Below, in pieces: positions 9,544-18,338 of a stretch of 64,000 nt of DNA. The notes beneath the pieces were generated by a model. The model had not been told where the DNA came from. It ran no database searches and saw nothing but the letters and a program-made list of their open reading frames with translations. The stretch is from the NCBI GenBank assembly GCA_964534305.1, contig CAZHPR010000001.1:26944-90943 (forward strand), read 5' to 3'. A program made the translations under genes and the position numbers. The DNA comes from an uncultured Candidatus Saccharibacteria bacterium (GTDB lineage: Bacteria > Patescibacteriota > Minisyncoccia > Phycocordibacterales > WO2-35-19). Position 1 is the first letter of the stretch. Each line of letters opens with the position of its first letter.

Positions 9544-11073
9544 ATGTCATTAAAAATAGTAATACTTCTAGCTGGATTCTCGGCTCTGATCGGGATCGCT
9601 TTTGGGTATTTCCTTAGATGGATAATATCCTTAGGCCAGAGAGGTTCGGTTGAGCTTCGAATAAAGCAGATGGAACTCCATGCAAGAGAGGAGGCAAAGA
9701 AGATAGTTGAAGAGGCTGAGACAAAAGCAGAAGAAACCCAAAAAGAGATCCGGGCGGAAATAAAAGAAAAGGAAGATAAGTTCAAAAAGACTGAAGATAG
9801 GCTTATCAAGAAAGAAGAGTTTTTGGACAAGAGACAGGTAGATATAGATAAGGAAATAGAACAAATAAAAGAAAAGGTTGCTGAAGTAAAGGCAATCAGA
9901 GAAAAGGCAGAGCAAATAGAAAAACAAAAGTACGAAGAACTACAAAAGGTTGCAAATATGTCTGAGGAGGACGCCAAGAGAGAACTCTTAAATCTTGTAG
10001 AGAGAAGATCTGAAGAAGATTTTATGGTTAGGATGCAAAAATTAGAGCAACAAGGCACAGAGAAGATGGAAAAGAGGGCCAAAGAAATACTCACAACCTC
10101 TATACACAGACTAGCAAATGCTGTTTCCTCTGATGTGTTTTCTACCAGCGTAGAGATACCGTCAGATGAGATAAAGGGCAAAATAATCGGAAAAGAAGGT
10201 AGGAATATAAAAGCCTTTGAGAGAGCGAGCGGAGTTGAGGTTATTGTAGATGATACCCCAGGACTTATAACCATATCTTCTTATGACCCAGTAAGGAGGC
10301 AGGTTGCCAGAATGGCCCTCGAAAACCTTATCTCTGATGGAAGGATCCAACCTGCAAAGATAGAAGAGATGGTTGAAAAAGCAAAGCAGGATATAAACAA
10401 AATAATAAAAGAGAAGGGTGAACAAGCGGCATATGAATGTGGAGTTTTCAATTTAGACCCTAGAATCTTGGCGATTCTCGGCAGACTACACTTCCGTACT
10501 TCTTATGGCCAAAATGTGCTCCAACACTCAATTGAGATGTCGCACGTGGCAGGAATGATCGCTGAGGAGATCGGAGCTAATGTACCTATCGCAAAGGCAG
10601 GGGCCCTACTCCATGACATAGGCAAGGCAGTCGATCACGAAATCGCCGGCACTCACGTAGAGATCGGTAGAAGGATCTTGCAAAAATTTGGAGCGGATCC
10701 ACTCATCATAAAAGCAATGGAAGCTCATCACGGTGAATATCCTTATGAGACTCTGGAGTCTTATATTGTCCAAGCAGCCGATGCAATCTCTGGTGCAAGA
10801 CCGGGAGCAAGAAGAGACAGTGTAGAAAATTATTTGAAACGTCTCGGCGAGCTAGAAACAATTGCAACTTCCTTCAAGGGAGTAGACAAGGCTTATGCTC
10901 TACAGGCCGGCAGAGAAGTAAGAGTATTTGTAACCCCATCTGAAGTTACCGACCTCGAAGCAAGGAACATCGCTCGCGACATTGCAACAAGAATAGAAAA
11001 CGAACTCAAATACCCAGGAGAAATCAAAGTCCTCGTCATCCGCGAGTCTAGAAATATCGAATTTGCAAGATAG
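9544..11073 (+). CDS. rny: Ribonuclease Y
   Basis: N-terminal TM helix, coiled coil, KH (KGKIIGKEGRNI) and HD (LLHDIGK) domains, ADAISGARPGAR. Confidence 0.98.
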   Translation: MSLKIVILLAGFSALIGIAFGYFLRWIISLGQRGSVELRIKQMELHAREEAKKIVEEAETKAEETQKEIRAEIKEKEDKFKKTEDRLIKKEEFLDKRQVDIDKEIEQIKEKVAEVKAIREKAEQIEKQKYEELQKVANMSEEDAKRELLNLVERRSEEDFMVRMQKLEQQGTEKMEKRAKEILTTSIHRLANAVSSDVFSTSVEIPSDEIKGKIIGKEGRNIKAFERASGVEVIVDDTPGLITISSYDPVRRQVARMALENLISDGRIQPAKIEEMVEKAKQDINKIIKEKGEQAAYECGVFNLDPRILAILGRLHFRTSYGQNVLQHSIEMSHVAGMIAEEIGANVPIAKAGALLHDIGKAVDHEIAGTHVEIGRRILQKFGADPLIIKAMEAHHGEYPYETLESYIVQAADAISGARPGARRDSVENYLKRLGELETIATSFKGVDKAYALQAGREVRVFVTPSEVTDLEARNIARDIATRIENELKYPGEIKVLVIRESRNIEFAR

Positions 11074-11109
11074 GATAAAGTGTTGTAGTATCCAACCGGA
11101 GGTTATTCC

Positions 11110-11634
11110 GTGACTAGTGAAGAACGATGTTCCATTTTGGAAGATGCCTACGAGGTGTTTTTCAAGGCAATGATGTCTGGATATGCTGGAAACAGCAATC
11201 GGGCAGTCAAAACAACAACAAACAATGGATGCACCAAAAAGGTGGAATACACCGAGGGTGATTACACCGTCACTGACACTTGGCACACACACCCAGAATC
11301 AGACAAATCGTCTGGGTCAACCCTGATCATCTTCCAAGGTAAGCCAGTTTGGTGGGTGTCATACTTTGGGAGCTACCCAAAGGAAGTGATTCCATTCCTG
11401 AAAGAGACTCTCAGGGAAACATACGGAAAAAACAATTTCATCGGCGGGCGTGGACCGACAGATTTTGTCAAAGATCAGTACTGGTACAAAAACTGTCCGA
11501 GACTATCACCGGGCGGCGATTTTACTGAATTCTGTGATTTCGCTGGTTCGGAAGCGATTTACAGAAACACAAACTTTGAAGGTCCCGGCGAGATGATTGG
11601 TTACCATCATTATCATGGTCATTCTATGATCTGA
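11110..11634 (+). CDS. Hypothetical protein, DUF5680-like
   Basis: GGAGG at 11098-11102, GTG start. Pattern GYAG...YTEGDY...GKPVWWVSYFG...RGP resembles DUF5680. Confidence 0.65.
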   Translation: MTSEERCSILEDAYEVFFKAMMSGYAGNSNRAVKTTTNNGCTKKVEYTEGDYTVTDTWHTHPESDKSSGSTLIIFQGKPVWWVSYFGSYPKEVIPFLKETLRETYGKNNFIGGRGPTDFVKDQYWYKNCPRLSPGGDFTEFCDFAGSEAIYRNTNFEGPGEMIGYHHYHGHSMI

Positions 11635-11660
11635 CCACCATCACCGGACACACAATACCT

Positions 11661-11692
11661 AGGCGCGACCGCAGGTCGCGCCTTTGCTTTTT
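11661..11692 (+). terminator. Intrinsic terminator
   Basis: AGGCGCGACC-GCA-GGTCGCGCCT followed by a T-rich tract. Confidence 0.85.
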
Positions 11693-11739
11693 CATACAGA
11701 ACCCCCCCTTAACAAATCTAAAAGTAACCCGTTTTTCTT

Positions 11740-11775
11740 CCCTCCCCTGATCAAGGGGAGGGTTGGGTGGGGTTA
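11740..11775 (-). repeat. DUF559-associated palindromic repeat variant
   Basis: ccctcccctgatcaaggggagggttgggtggggtta; hairpin core similar to the 17183 and 17608 repeats; lies just past the beta-CASP stop codon. Confidence 0.75.
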
Positions 11776-11788
11776 TTCCAAGATGGGG

Positions 11789-13237
11789 TTAATCCAAAAA
11801 GTATTCCTTACCGGGTTCGGGATAAATTGCTTCTATATCTAAGTACTCACGGATGCGTTGAGAGAGAAAGAGCGAAGAACGCGGTTCACCCATGATAGTA
11901 AAAACTTTTTTGAGAGAGTGTTGTTGTGTGGTTCCCCTCTCCTTTGCAAGGAGAGGGGTTAGGGGTGAGGTAGAACCTTCCGAAGCCTCCTCGACAAACT
12001 CCACCAAATTATCAGAATCTTTGTGTGAAGAGTAACCCTTTATTGTCTCTATCTTTGCTCTTACTTTTATTTTTTGACCATTTATCTTGACCTCACTCTT
12101 GCCGTCCTCAAGAGCCCGGCCCAAGCTACCCAGAGTTTGATACCCAACAAGGAGGAGGGTGTTTTTGTGATCGTCCAAAATATCAGCTTCATGAGCCAAA
12201 ACCCTCCCCCCTTCAGACATACCAGAGCCAGCAATTATTATCTTCGGGCCACCTTTTTTTATAACAGACTTACTTTCTTCAAAACCGTCTACAATATTGA
12301 GGCCAGGAAAATCAAATATGTTATCGCCCCTTTTTATCTCTTCTTGTACTTCCTTTTTAAAATCAGTTGCGTATTTTTTATAGATGTTTGTTACTTTTAT
12401 AGCCAGTGGAGAATCAAGATAGACAGGGACTTTCTCTATCTCCCCATCTTCTATCATGTTGTTTAGTTCGTACAGCATTACCTGAGTCCTTTCTATAGAA
12501 AAAGCTGGTATAACAATGGTTCCACCCCTCTTTATCCCCTCTTGGATCACCCCCTTAAACCTCTCTCTTCTTTCTTCTTTACTCTCATGATTTCTATCTC
12601 CATAAACACTCTCCATAACAATATAATTTGCTCCTTCTGGAATTTCTGTATCCGGTAATAATGGCGAAGGAGAATTGCCCAAATCTCCTGTAAAGGAAAT
12701 CTTGCGTACTTCATTCAAATCGAAAGATCCATAAGAAATATTTATTATGGCAGAACCGAGTATATGGCCAGCATTTTGCATATCTATCTTTATATCTTTA
12801 CCTAGGTTTATTGTTTGATTGTAATCGCAACCCTCCCACAAAGACATCGTTTTTTCTATATCCTTCTCTTCATAGAGATTTTTGTCGCGATGCCTAGACC
12901 TAAAAACTTTAAGAGCATCTAGGAGCATTGGCCTTGCAAGCTCCAGGGTTTCCTTTGTTGAAATTATTTTTCCACCAAAGCCCTCTCTCACAAGCTTTGG
13001 TATTTTGCCAATATGATCCATATGAGCATGAGTCACCAGTAGAAAATCAAAAGAAGACGGGTCGTATTTGAATGGCTCAAAGTTTTTTAGTTCATCATTG
13101 AAACTACCCTGGAGCAGACCACAATCAACCATAATCTTTGTACCAGCATAAAGAAATTCTATGTTTGCACCGGTTGCGGTCCCTACCCCACCCCAAAAAA
13201 TTAGTTTTGCATTTTTATCTTTATTTTGTTGACTCAT
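11789..13237 (-). CDS. MBL-fold beta-CASP ribonuclease with an in-frame palindromic repeat
   Basis: DCG, THAHMDH, AGHILGS, FTGDLG, MESVYG, AGSGMSEGGR, YSSHKD. Confidence 0.93.
   Translation of the reverse strand: MSQQNKDKNAKLIFWGGVGTATGANIEFLYAGTKIMVDCGLLQGSFNDELKNFEPFKYDPSSFDFLLVTHAHMDHIGKIPKLVREGFGGKIISTKETLELARPMLLDALKVFRSRHRDKNLYEEKDIEKTMSLWEGCDYNQTINLGKDIKIDMQNAGHILGSAIINISYGSFDLNEVRKISFTGDLGNSPSPLLPDTEIPEGANYIVMESVYGDRNHESKEERRERFKGVIQEGIKRGGTIVIPAFSIERTQVMLYELNNMIEDGEIEKVPVYLDSPLAIKVTNIYKKYATDFKKEVQEEIKRGDNIFDFPGLNIVDGFEESKSVIKKGGPKIIIAGSGMSEGGRVLAHEADILDDHKNTLLLVGYQTLGSLGRALEDGKSEVKINGQKIKVRAKIETIKGYSSHKDSDNLVEFVEEASEGSTSPLTPLLAKERGTTQQHSLKKVFTIMGEPRSSLFLSQRIREYLDIEAIYPEPGKEYFLD
11931..11975 (-). 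repeat. DUF559-associated palindromic repeat, in-frame in the beta-CASP gene
   Basis: gttcccctctcctttgcaaggagaggggttaggggtgaggtagaa; encodes STSPLTPLLAKERGT. Confidence 0.92.
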
Positions 13238-13664
13238 TTTGAGTTAAAATATTTTTGTCGTCGATGCCAATCTCTTTTATGTAAGCATACAGACAGGCTG
13301 ATATTGCACCTAGAGTATCCATAACAATATCTAGTGAGGTATCAAACGGATATTCCAAATCGTTTACATCTGTTGATCCTACAAGGAGTTCAAACATCTC
13401 CCACAAAACGCCAACAAATATAACCGACAAAATAGAAACAATTAAAAAATCTTTTAGCTTCCTGTTTTTGGGTTCAAAAAAACCTGAATAAAAATATAAC
13501 CAGAGGAAAAGCACAGCAACCCAAGCACCCCCAAGAAAGTGAACCAAGCTATCAAACTCACTCAGCGTCCAGTAAAGATAAAACTTTATTGCGAGCAGAT
13601 TTAGTACAGCAACAACAAACAACAAATAAAACAGTTCTCTAAAAAGTGGTTTTCTTATCATCAT
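13221..13664 (-). CDS. Four-TM membrane protein (VanZ/DUF2238-like)
   Basis: DSLVHFLGG, GVLWEMFE, DTSLDIVMDTLGA. Confidence 0.75.
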   Translation of the reverse strand: MMIRKPLFRELFYLLFVVAVLNLLAIKFYLYWTLSEFDSLVHFLGGAWVAVLFLWLYFYSGFFEPKNRKLKDFLIVSILSVIFVGVLWEMFELLVGSTDVNDLEYPFDTSLDIVMDTLGAISACLYAYIKEIGIDDKNILTQNESTK

Positions 13665-13701
13665 TTGATTTTAACATATAAAATTTTGCCAAACTCCCTA
13701 G

Positions 13702-13735
13702 AATGCAAAAACCTGCAGGAGCAGGTTTTTGCATT
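13702..13735 (-). terminator. Terminator of the 6S-like RNA
   Basis: AATGCAAAAACCTGC-loop-GCAGGTTTTTGCATT, a perfect stem. Confidence 0.8.
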
Positions 13736-13882
13736 AGGACCGCCCGGCATATATTCCCTAATTGAAAAATATTAGGTGGGTGGCCTCGACCATAATTCTT
13801 CTGAACGAATTAACGCTCATCTTATTATGGAAAGTTAGCCTCCCTGAATATGTGCAACTTAGAAAAATATCCGAGTGATCCT
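13736..13882 (-). ncRNA. ssrS: Probable 6S RNA, compact
   Basis: The minus strand folds into one long rod with G-U pairs (AGGAUCACUCGG/CCGGGCGGUCCU, CCAUAAU/AUUAUGG). Contains GGGAG and GCCACCCACCU as in Firmicutes-type 6S. TGGTATAAT lies just upstream and a terminator downstream. Confidence 0.62.
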
Positions 13883-13982
13883 CCCTCTATTATACCAAAC
13901 TTCATCATATTGCTTTTATTGACTAAATGTGTAATATGGTTTGCAGTTAGCTCTTATCACAATCAGCTTGAAAGGAGGCGGC

Positions 13983-14570
13983 ATGTCCGTCCTAATGCAA
14001 CTCCTGGGCGGGGTATTCTACCTCCTCCAGAAAATATTTCTCTCAGTCGCTGAACGCACAGAGCGAGAAAATCCAACCAACAAGAAATGGCGGATCTGGT
14101 CTTGGGTCGTATACCTCATGGGACTACCGCCGTGGGTCATAATCTTCGTCTTGCACCGTAATTGGATAGCGGCTGCTTTGGAAGCTAGTGGCGCTCCCTC
14201 AATGATTTTAGGTCTTGTAGTGGCCATCCGCGGCAAGGGCAAGAAGCCAAAGTGGCTTGATTACATTTCGCTCGTTGCGATTTTCTTGGGACTCGGATAC
14301 AGTCTCTATGACTTCCGAGGTATCACCACTTGGAACCAGGTCCTTGAGATCGGTATTGTGGTTGGTTTCCTCGTTGGCACATACCAACTTGCTCATGAAA
14401 GACCAGACGGATATCTCTGGTACATCCTAATGTGCGGTTCAAATACTGCACTCATGCACGTCCAACACTATCCGTGGCTAGTTGCCCAACAGATAGTGTC
14501 CCTCGTCTTCATCTTCGATGCGTACTTTGCGCAACGCGCAAAGTCTCAACCCGAAACAAAAGAGGGTTAG
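13983..14570 (+). CDS. Multi-pass membrane protein, possibly PnuC-like
   Basis: AAAGGAGG SD before ATG 13983; about 7 TM segments. Confidence 0.7.
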   Translation: MSVLMQLLGGVFYLLQKIFLSVAERTERENPTNKKWRIWSWVVYLMGLPPWVIIFVLHRNWIAAALEASGAPSMILGLVVAIRGKGKKPKWLDYISLVAIFLGLGYSLYDFRGITTWNQVLEIGIVVGFLVGTYQLAHERPDGYLWYILMCGSNTALMHVQHYPWLVAQQIVSLVFIFDAYFAQRAKSQPETKEG

Positions 14571-14597
14571 CCTCTTCCATATGTTCATCAACACAAA

Positions 14598-14640
14598 AGC
14601 CGCGCTGGCCACAAACCAGCGCGGCTCTTCATTTATTTTT
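14598..14640 (+). terminator. Intrinsic terminator
   Basis: AGCCGCGCTGG-loop-CCAGCGCGGCT followed by a T-rich tract. Confidence 0.8.
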
Positions 14641-14646
14641 AAAAAA

Positions 14647-15252
14647 TTATTCCAAGATTCCGTCGAGGTTTACATCATAAAGAATTTGCTCTTGTACCAG
14701 ACGATAATTAACAATCTCCTTTTCATCAAACCAGAGTTTTACCTCCTTTTCTGCGTCCTCTTTAGTACCAGAAGCGTGTATCAGGTTCCTTACCGACCTG
14801 CCATCAGTATCCGCCATTAAATACGAATCCAGCACAAAGTCACCCCTTATAGTACCAATATCCGAATTCCTCGGTTCTGTACCTCCTGTGATCTTGCGCA
14901 CTACATCCACTGCATGCGCTCCCTGCCAGACCATTGCGACAACCGGCCCGCTTGTCATATATTTTTTGAGTTTCTGCATTACTATCTTTGTTATCTCAAG
15001 CGGATCTCTTGATGGCGGTTCTTCTCCGGCTTCCAGAGCAGCCTTTATCCTCTTCTCACCTGTCTTCCTACCCCACTCTGGGTCAATGTTATAGTGTCTT
15101 TCAACAAAATCTTCAGTTGGTACAACCATCTTGATACCAACCATCTTAAGCCCTACCCTTTCATATCTTTTTATAATTTCTCCGATGAGAGTTCTCTGTA
15201 CCCCATCGGGTTTTATTACAATAAGTGTTTTTTCATTTTTTGGATGAGACAT
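14647..15252 (-). CDS. ndk: Nucleoside diphosphate kinase
   Basis: IKPDGVQR, TSGPVVAMVW, GTIRGDF, NLIHAS. Confidence 0.97.
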   Translation of the reverse strand: MSHPKNEKTLIVIKPDGVQRTLIGEIIKRYERVGLKMVGIKMVVPTEDFVERHYNIDPEWGRKTGEKRIKAALEAGEEPPSRDPLEITKIVMQKLKKYMTSGPVVAMVWQGAHAVDVVRKITGGTEPRNSDIGTIRGDFVLDSYLMADTDGRSVRNLIHASGTKEDAEKEVKLWFDEKEIVNYRLVQEQILYDVNLDGILE

Positions 15253-15296
15253 AGTTTAAAAGTTAAAAAGGCGCAAGTTGGAAAGTCTAATACAAA

Positions 15297-15641
15297 CTAC
15301 AAAGCACGTATAAACCCCGCTAGCATTTTTGATATATCCACCGATAATAGATACATTCTATCGTAATCTACCTTAGAAATATAACCCAACTCAAGTCCTA
15401 ATTGCAACATAGAACGTACTTCACCACACGATCCTTTGGAAATGTATAGAAACCTGGACAGTTCTTTATTACCCTTTCTTTCAAATCCCTCTGCAATATT
15501 ATTCATCACGGAAACAGCAGCTCTCTGTATTTGGTCTCTAAAACCATAATCCTTACTACTAGAAAAAATCTTATACGTAATGACACTCAATTCTTTTGCT
15601 TTCTGCCAAGCTTTTATTTCTTCAAAAGATTTGATCGTCAT
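15297..15641 (-). CDS. Four helix bundle protein (23S rRNA IVS-protein family)
   Basis: FEEIKAWQKA, RDQIQRAAVSVMNNIAEGFER, RFLYISKGSCGEVRS. Confidence 0.93.
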   Translation of the reverse strand: MTIKSFEEIKAWQKAKELSVITYKIFSSSKDYGFRDQIQRAAVSVMNNIAEGFERKGNKELSRFLYISKGSCGEVRSMLQLGLELGYISKVDYDRMYLLSVDISKMLAGFIRAL

Positions 15642-15657
15642 ACAATTTTATAGTTTT

Positions 15658-16362
15658 CTAATCTTCATTTCTCACCGCAATAAATACTTTTGGTTCTGTA
15701 TCTATGATTGCATCTCGGATTTCTGGAAACTTATCACCTCTCTGAATCTTTTCTGATAATTCAACGATATCTCCATCGTAGGGATAAACAAATGCATCAC
15801 AAGAAAAATCACCCATGGGCACACGAGTTGTTTGTTCTGGAAGTTCCTCAATTATGTAATCAGCGAGTCTAAAAATCTCACTTTCCGAAAATGTTCTCGG
15901 ACTAGTTTCTTTTGTGATTGCTTTCTTAACAATTGATTGTAGGTAACTCTTAAATTCCTCATTTTTATGGTAGAAATCATATAAGAATTTGACCTTTAAT
16001 TTGAAAGTGTTATTGGCAATTACACTCCATTTAACATAATGGATTCTGGATATTTCCTCTGGAGAAAAAGTCTTCTCAACTTCTTGCCTAACTTGTTCTA
16101 GCAAATCTGTTCCTAACTGCTCGGCCATTTGTAAGGCTTTCTCATATTTAATTCTTTTTCTGACCTCAAGGTTTATTGCATGAATAGAATCTGCAACATA
16201 CACAATTACGTTTTCACGAGTATACAAAAGAGACCACCGAATTAACTCTATTATATTTTCTACTGTAAACCATTTATTACCAAGACTAATACCGACACCG
16301 ATGTTGTATTTCTTGGCTTCTAAATCTTCTACTGTTCCTCCTCTAATTTTATACAGCTGCAT
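15658..16362 (-). CDS. tRNA-dependent cyclodipeptide synthase (CDPS), probably XYP subfamily
   Basis: GISLGN (catalytic Ser), VAD, YIIEELP (catalytic Tyr/Glu), VYP; 234 aa. Confidence 0.85.
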   Translation of the reverse strand: MQLYKIRGGTVEDLEAKKYNIGVGISLGNKWFTVENIIELIRWSLLYTRENVIVYVADSIHAINLEVRKRIKYEKALQMAEQLGTDLLEQVRQEVEKTFSPEEISRIHYVKWSVIANNTFKLKVKFLYDFYHKNEEFKSYLQSIVKKAITKETSPRTFSESEIFRLADYIIEELPEQTTRVPMGDFSCDAFVYPYDGDIVELSEKIQRGDKFPEIRDAIIDTEPKVFIAVRNED

Positions 16363-16373
16363 ACATCCACGTA

Positions 16374-17150
16374 CTATTTAGTCAAAATTATTATTTTCCC
16401 ATCATAACCGACGGCGACGGTGTGCTCGAAGTGAGCAGAGAGAGATTTGTCTGCCGTTCGATAGGTATAACCATCAGAGAGCTTTTTTATTTCACGGCTG
16501 CCGAGAGAAAACATCGGCTCGATCGCAATCACAAGCCCCGGACGAAGCTCTGGTCCTTCTCCTCTCTTGGCCCGATTAGGAACAAAAGGTTCTTCATGCA
16601 CACTGTAGCCGACCCCGTGGCCCGAGAGACCTTCTACAACCCCAAAACCATGCCTTATCGCAACTTCCATAACAGCAGCTCCAATATCACCTATATGTCC
16701 CCCGACTCTCATCGCCGCAATCCCTTTGTTTAAAGCTTCTTTGGTTGCACTCACAAGCTCCTCTGATTTTTTATCAACCCTGCCGACAGGCACAGTAATT
16801 GCCGCATCTGTTATAAGGCCCTTGTAAGTAAGGCCGAGATCAAGGGTCACAATATCTCCTTCAAAAAGGATCTTGCCCCCTCCCTCGTTTGGTATCCCGT
16901 GTACAATCTCTTCATTGATGGAGACACAAAGAGAAGCTGGATAAGGTCTCTTTGCATCCATTGGTTGATAACCAAAAAATGATGCGACTCCCCCAGCCTC
17001 GTCTATGAGCTTTTCGGCGTAAGCATTTAGTTCATCTGTTTTGACACCAGGGAACACCTTCTTTGCAACCTCACGCAAAATACGAGCATGGATCGCTCCA
17101 CCCTCTTTCATAATTTCTATTTCTTCTTCTGTTTTGTATCTGATACCCAT
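16374..17150 (-). CDS. map: Methionine aminopeptidase type I
   Basis: SINEEIVHGIP, DLG...TDAA, GHGVG..VHEEP, AIEPM, SAHFEHT. Confidence 0.98.
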   Translation of the reverse strand: MGIRYKTEEEIEIMKEGGAIHARILREVAKKVFPGVKTDELNAYAEKLIDEAGGVASFFGYQPMDAKRPYPASLCVSINEEIVHGIPNEGGGKILFEGDIVTLDLGLTYKGLITDAAITVPVGRVDKKSEELVSATKEALNKGIAAMRVGGHIGDIGAAVMEVAIRHGFGVVEGLSGHGVGYSVHEEPFVPNRAKRGEGPELRPGLVIAIEPMFSLGSREIKKLSDGYTYRTADKSLSAHFEHTVAVGYDGKIIILTK

Positions 17151-17182
17151 TGGGCTAAATATAGCATTATTATTTTATTTAT

Positions 17183-17655
17183 AAACCCCCTCCGGCTTAA
17201 AGCCACCTCCCCCTTAATCAGGGGGAGGAAACACCCCACCCATCACAAATTATTTCTTATTTTTAAAATTACTTCCTCCACCCCATTATCAATCTCTTTA
17301 TTCCAAAACCTTAAAGTCTTATACCCCAAGTCTTCCATAAACAACTGTCTTACCCTGTCATACTCTTTATTTTGATTGTGAATTTCTCCGTCAATTTCGA
17401 TAACTAATTTTTTCTCTGGACAAAAGAAATCAACTACATAACCTCCAATACTATGCTGTCTCCTAAATTTCACCCCCAACTGACTACGTCTCAAATACCA
17501 CCAAATTTTATTCTCTTGCGGAGTTGGGTTTCTTCTAAGTTCCTTTCTATGCTCCCGGAGGCTGTATAGATTATGCAACTTCTTCATAACGATAAGTAGC
17601 AGTTTTTTCTTTCCCCTGATTAAGGGGAAAGTGGCCAAAGGCCGATAGGGGTTTA
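17183..17655 (-). mobile_element. DUF559 cassette 1, bounded by imperfect inverted palindromic repeats
   Basis: Repeats at 17183-17229 and 17608-17655 are reverse complements of each other. The upstream repeat begins at the adk TAA (17653-17655). Confidence 0.7.
17243..17587 (-). CDS. DUF559 / Vsr-like endonuclease domain protein
   Basis: RKELRRNPTPQE..IW..LR, KFRRQH, YVVDF, VIEIDGEIH, LRFWN. Likely start at ATG 17587. Confidence 0.92.
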   Translation of the reverse strand: MKKLHNLYSLREHRKELRRNPTPQENKIWWYLRRSQLGVKFRRQHSIGGYVVDFFCPEKKLVIEIDGEIHNQNKEYDRVRQLFMEDLGYKTLRFWNKEIDNGVEEVILKIRNNL

Positions 17656-18243
17656 CAGGTTTATTTTTTCTAATATCTCCCTATGCACATCTTCTATTGG
17701 TTGTTCACCATTTATTTCTACAAATTTGTAGTAAGGATTTGATTTAAAATGTTCTAGCGCAGGCTTTACACTCTTTTCGTACCATTCCATTCTTCTTTTT
17801 ATCTCTTCTGATTTATCATCCACCCTCCCCCTCTCCTCAAGCCTTTCAGTTGCCCATTCTGGGGAAACAAGAATTGAGATTATAGTAGGATTCTCTCTCT
17901 TATAAAACTGGAGCGCCGTATCCAAGATCCAAGCCTCATGCACCTTCCTTGATATACCATCTATTACCAAATGCTCACTCCCCGTCATATTATCAACAAA
18001 GAATTGTGACCAAAGCCATATCGGAAGAAATTCTGGCATAAGCCCGCCCGAATCAATAACCTCCTTGGTTTTCTTTGCAGAAAAAGAATCCTGTTTTGCA
18101 AATTCTCGTAGTTTGCCTCCAGTTTCTAGGTACAAAACTTTCTTTTCTGGATCAACTTGCTCTAACTTTTCTATAAGCAATTTTGCCTGTGTACCCTTAC
18201 CAGAACCAGAAGGACCAAAAAATATAAATGTTTGAGGATTCAT
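17653..18243 (-). CDS. adk: Adenylate kinase, short type
   Basis: GPSGSGKGTQA P-loop, RGRVDD; immediately follows secY. Confidence 0.9.
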   Translation of the reverse strand: MNPQTFIFFGPSGSGKGTQAKLLIEKLEQVDPEKKVLYLETGGKLREFAKQDSFSAKKTKEVIDSGGLMPEFLPIWLWSQFFVDNMTGSEHLVIDGISRKVHEAWILDTALQFYKRENPTIISILVSPEWATERLEERGRVDDKSEEIKRRMEWYEKSVKPALEHFKSNPYYKFVEINGEQPIEDVHREILEKINL

Positions 18244-18338
18244 AATTTTAGATTTAAGATTTATAAAGTAAGAATAATAGGAAAGGTAGTTGATAGCAAG
18301 CCCAGAATTTTCTTAAATCTAGATTCTTGAATCTGCCC

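Noticed and set aside
9537-10274. Long antisense ORFs over rny, pnp, rpsE/rplO, tig, fusA and others
   Set aside because: Shadow frames of well-supported genes, with S/F/L-rich low-information sequence.
13736-13882. SRP (4.5S) RNA
   Set aside because: It lacks the conserved CAGG..GRAA..AGCAG domain IV motif.
15297-15641. Four-helix bundle as the Avd of a diversity-generating retroelement, or an rRNA intervening sequence
   Set aside because: No reverse transcriptase, no TR/VR pair with A-specific mismatches, and no rRNA in the window.
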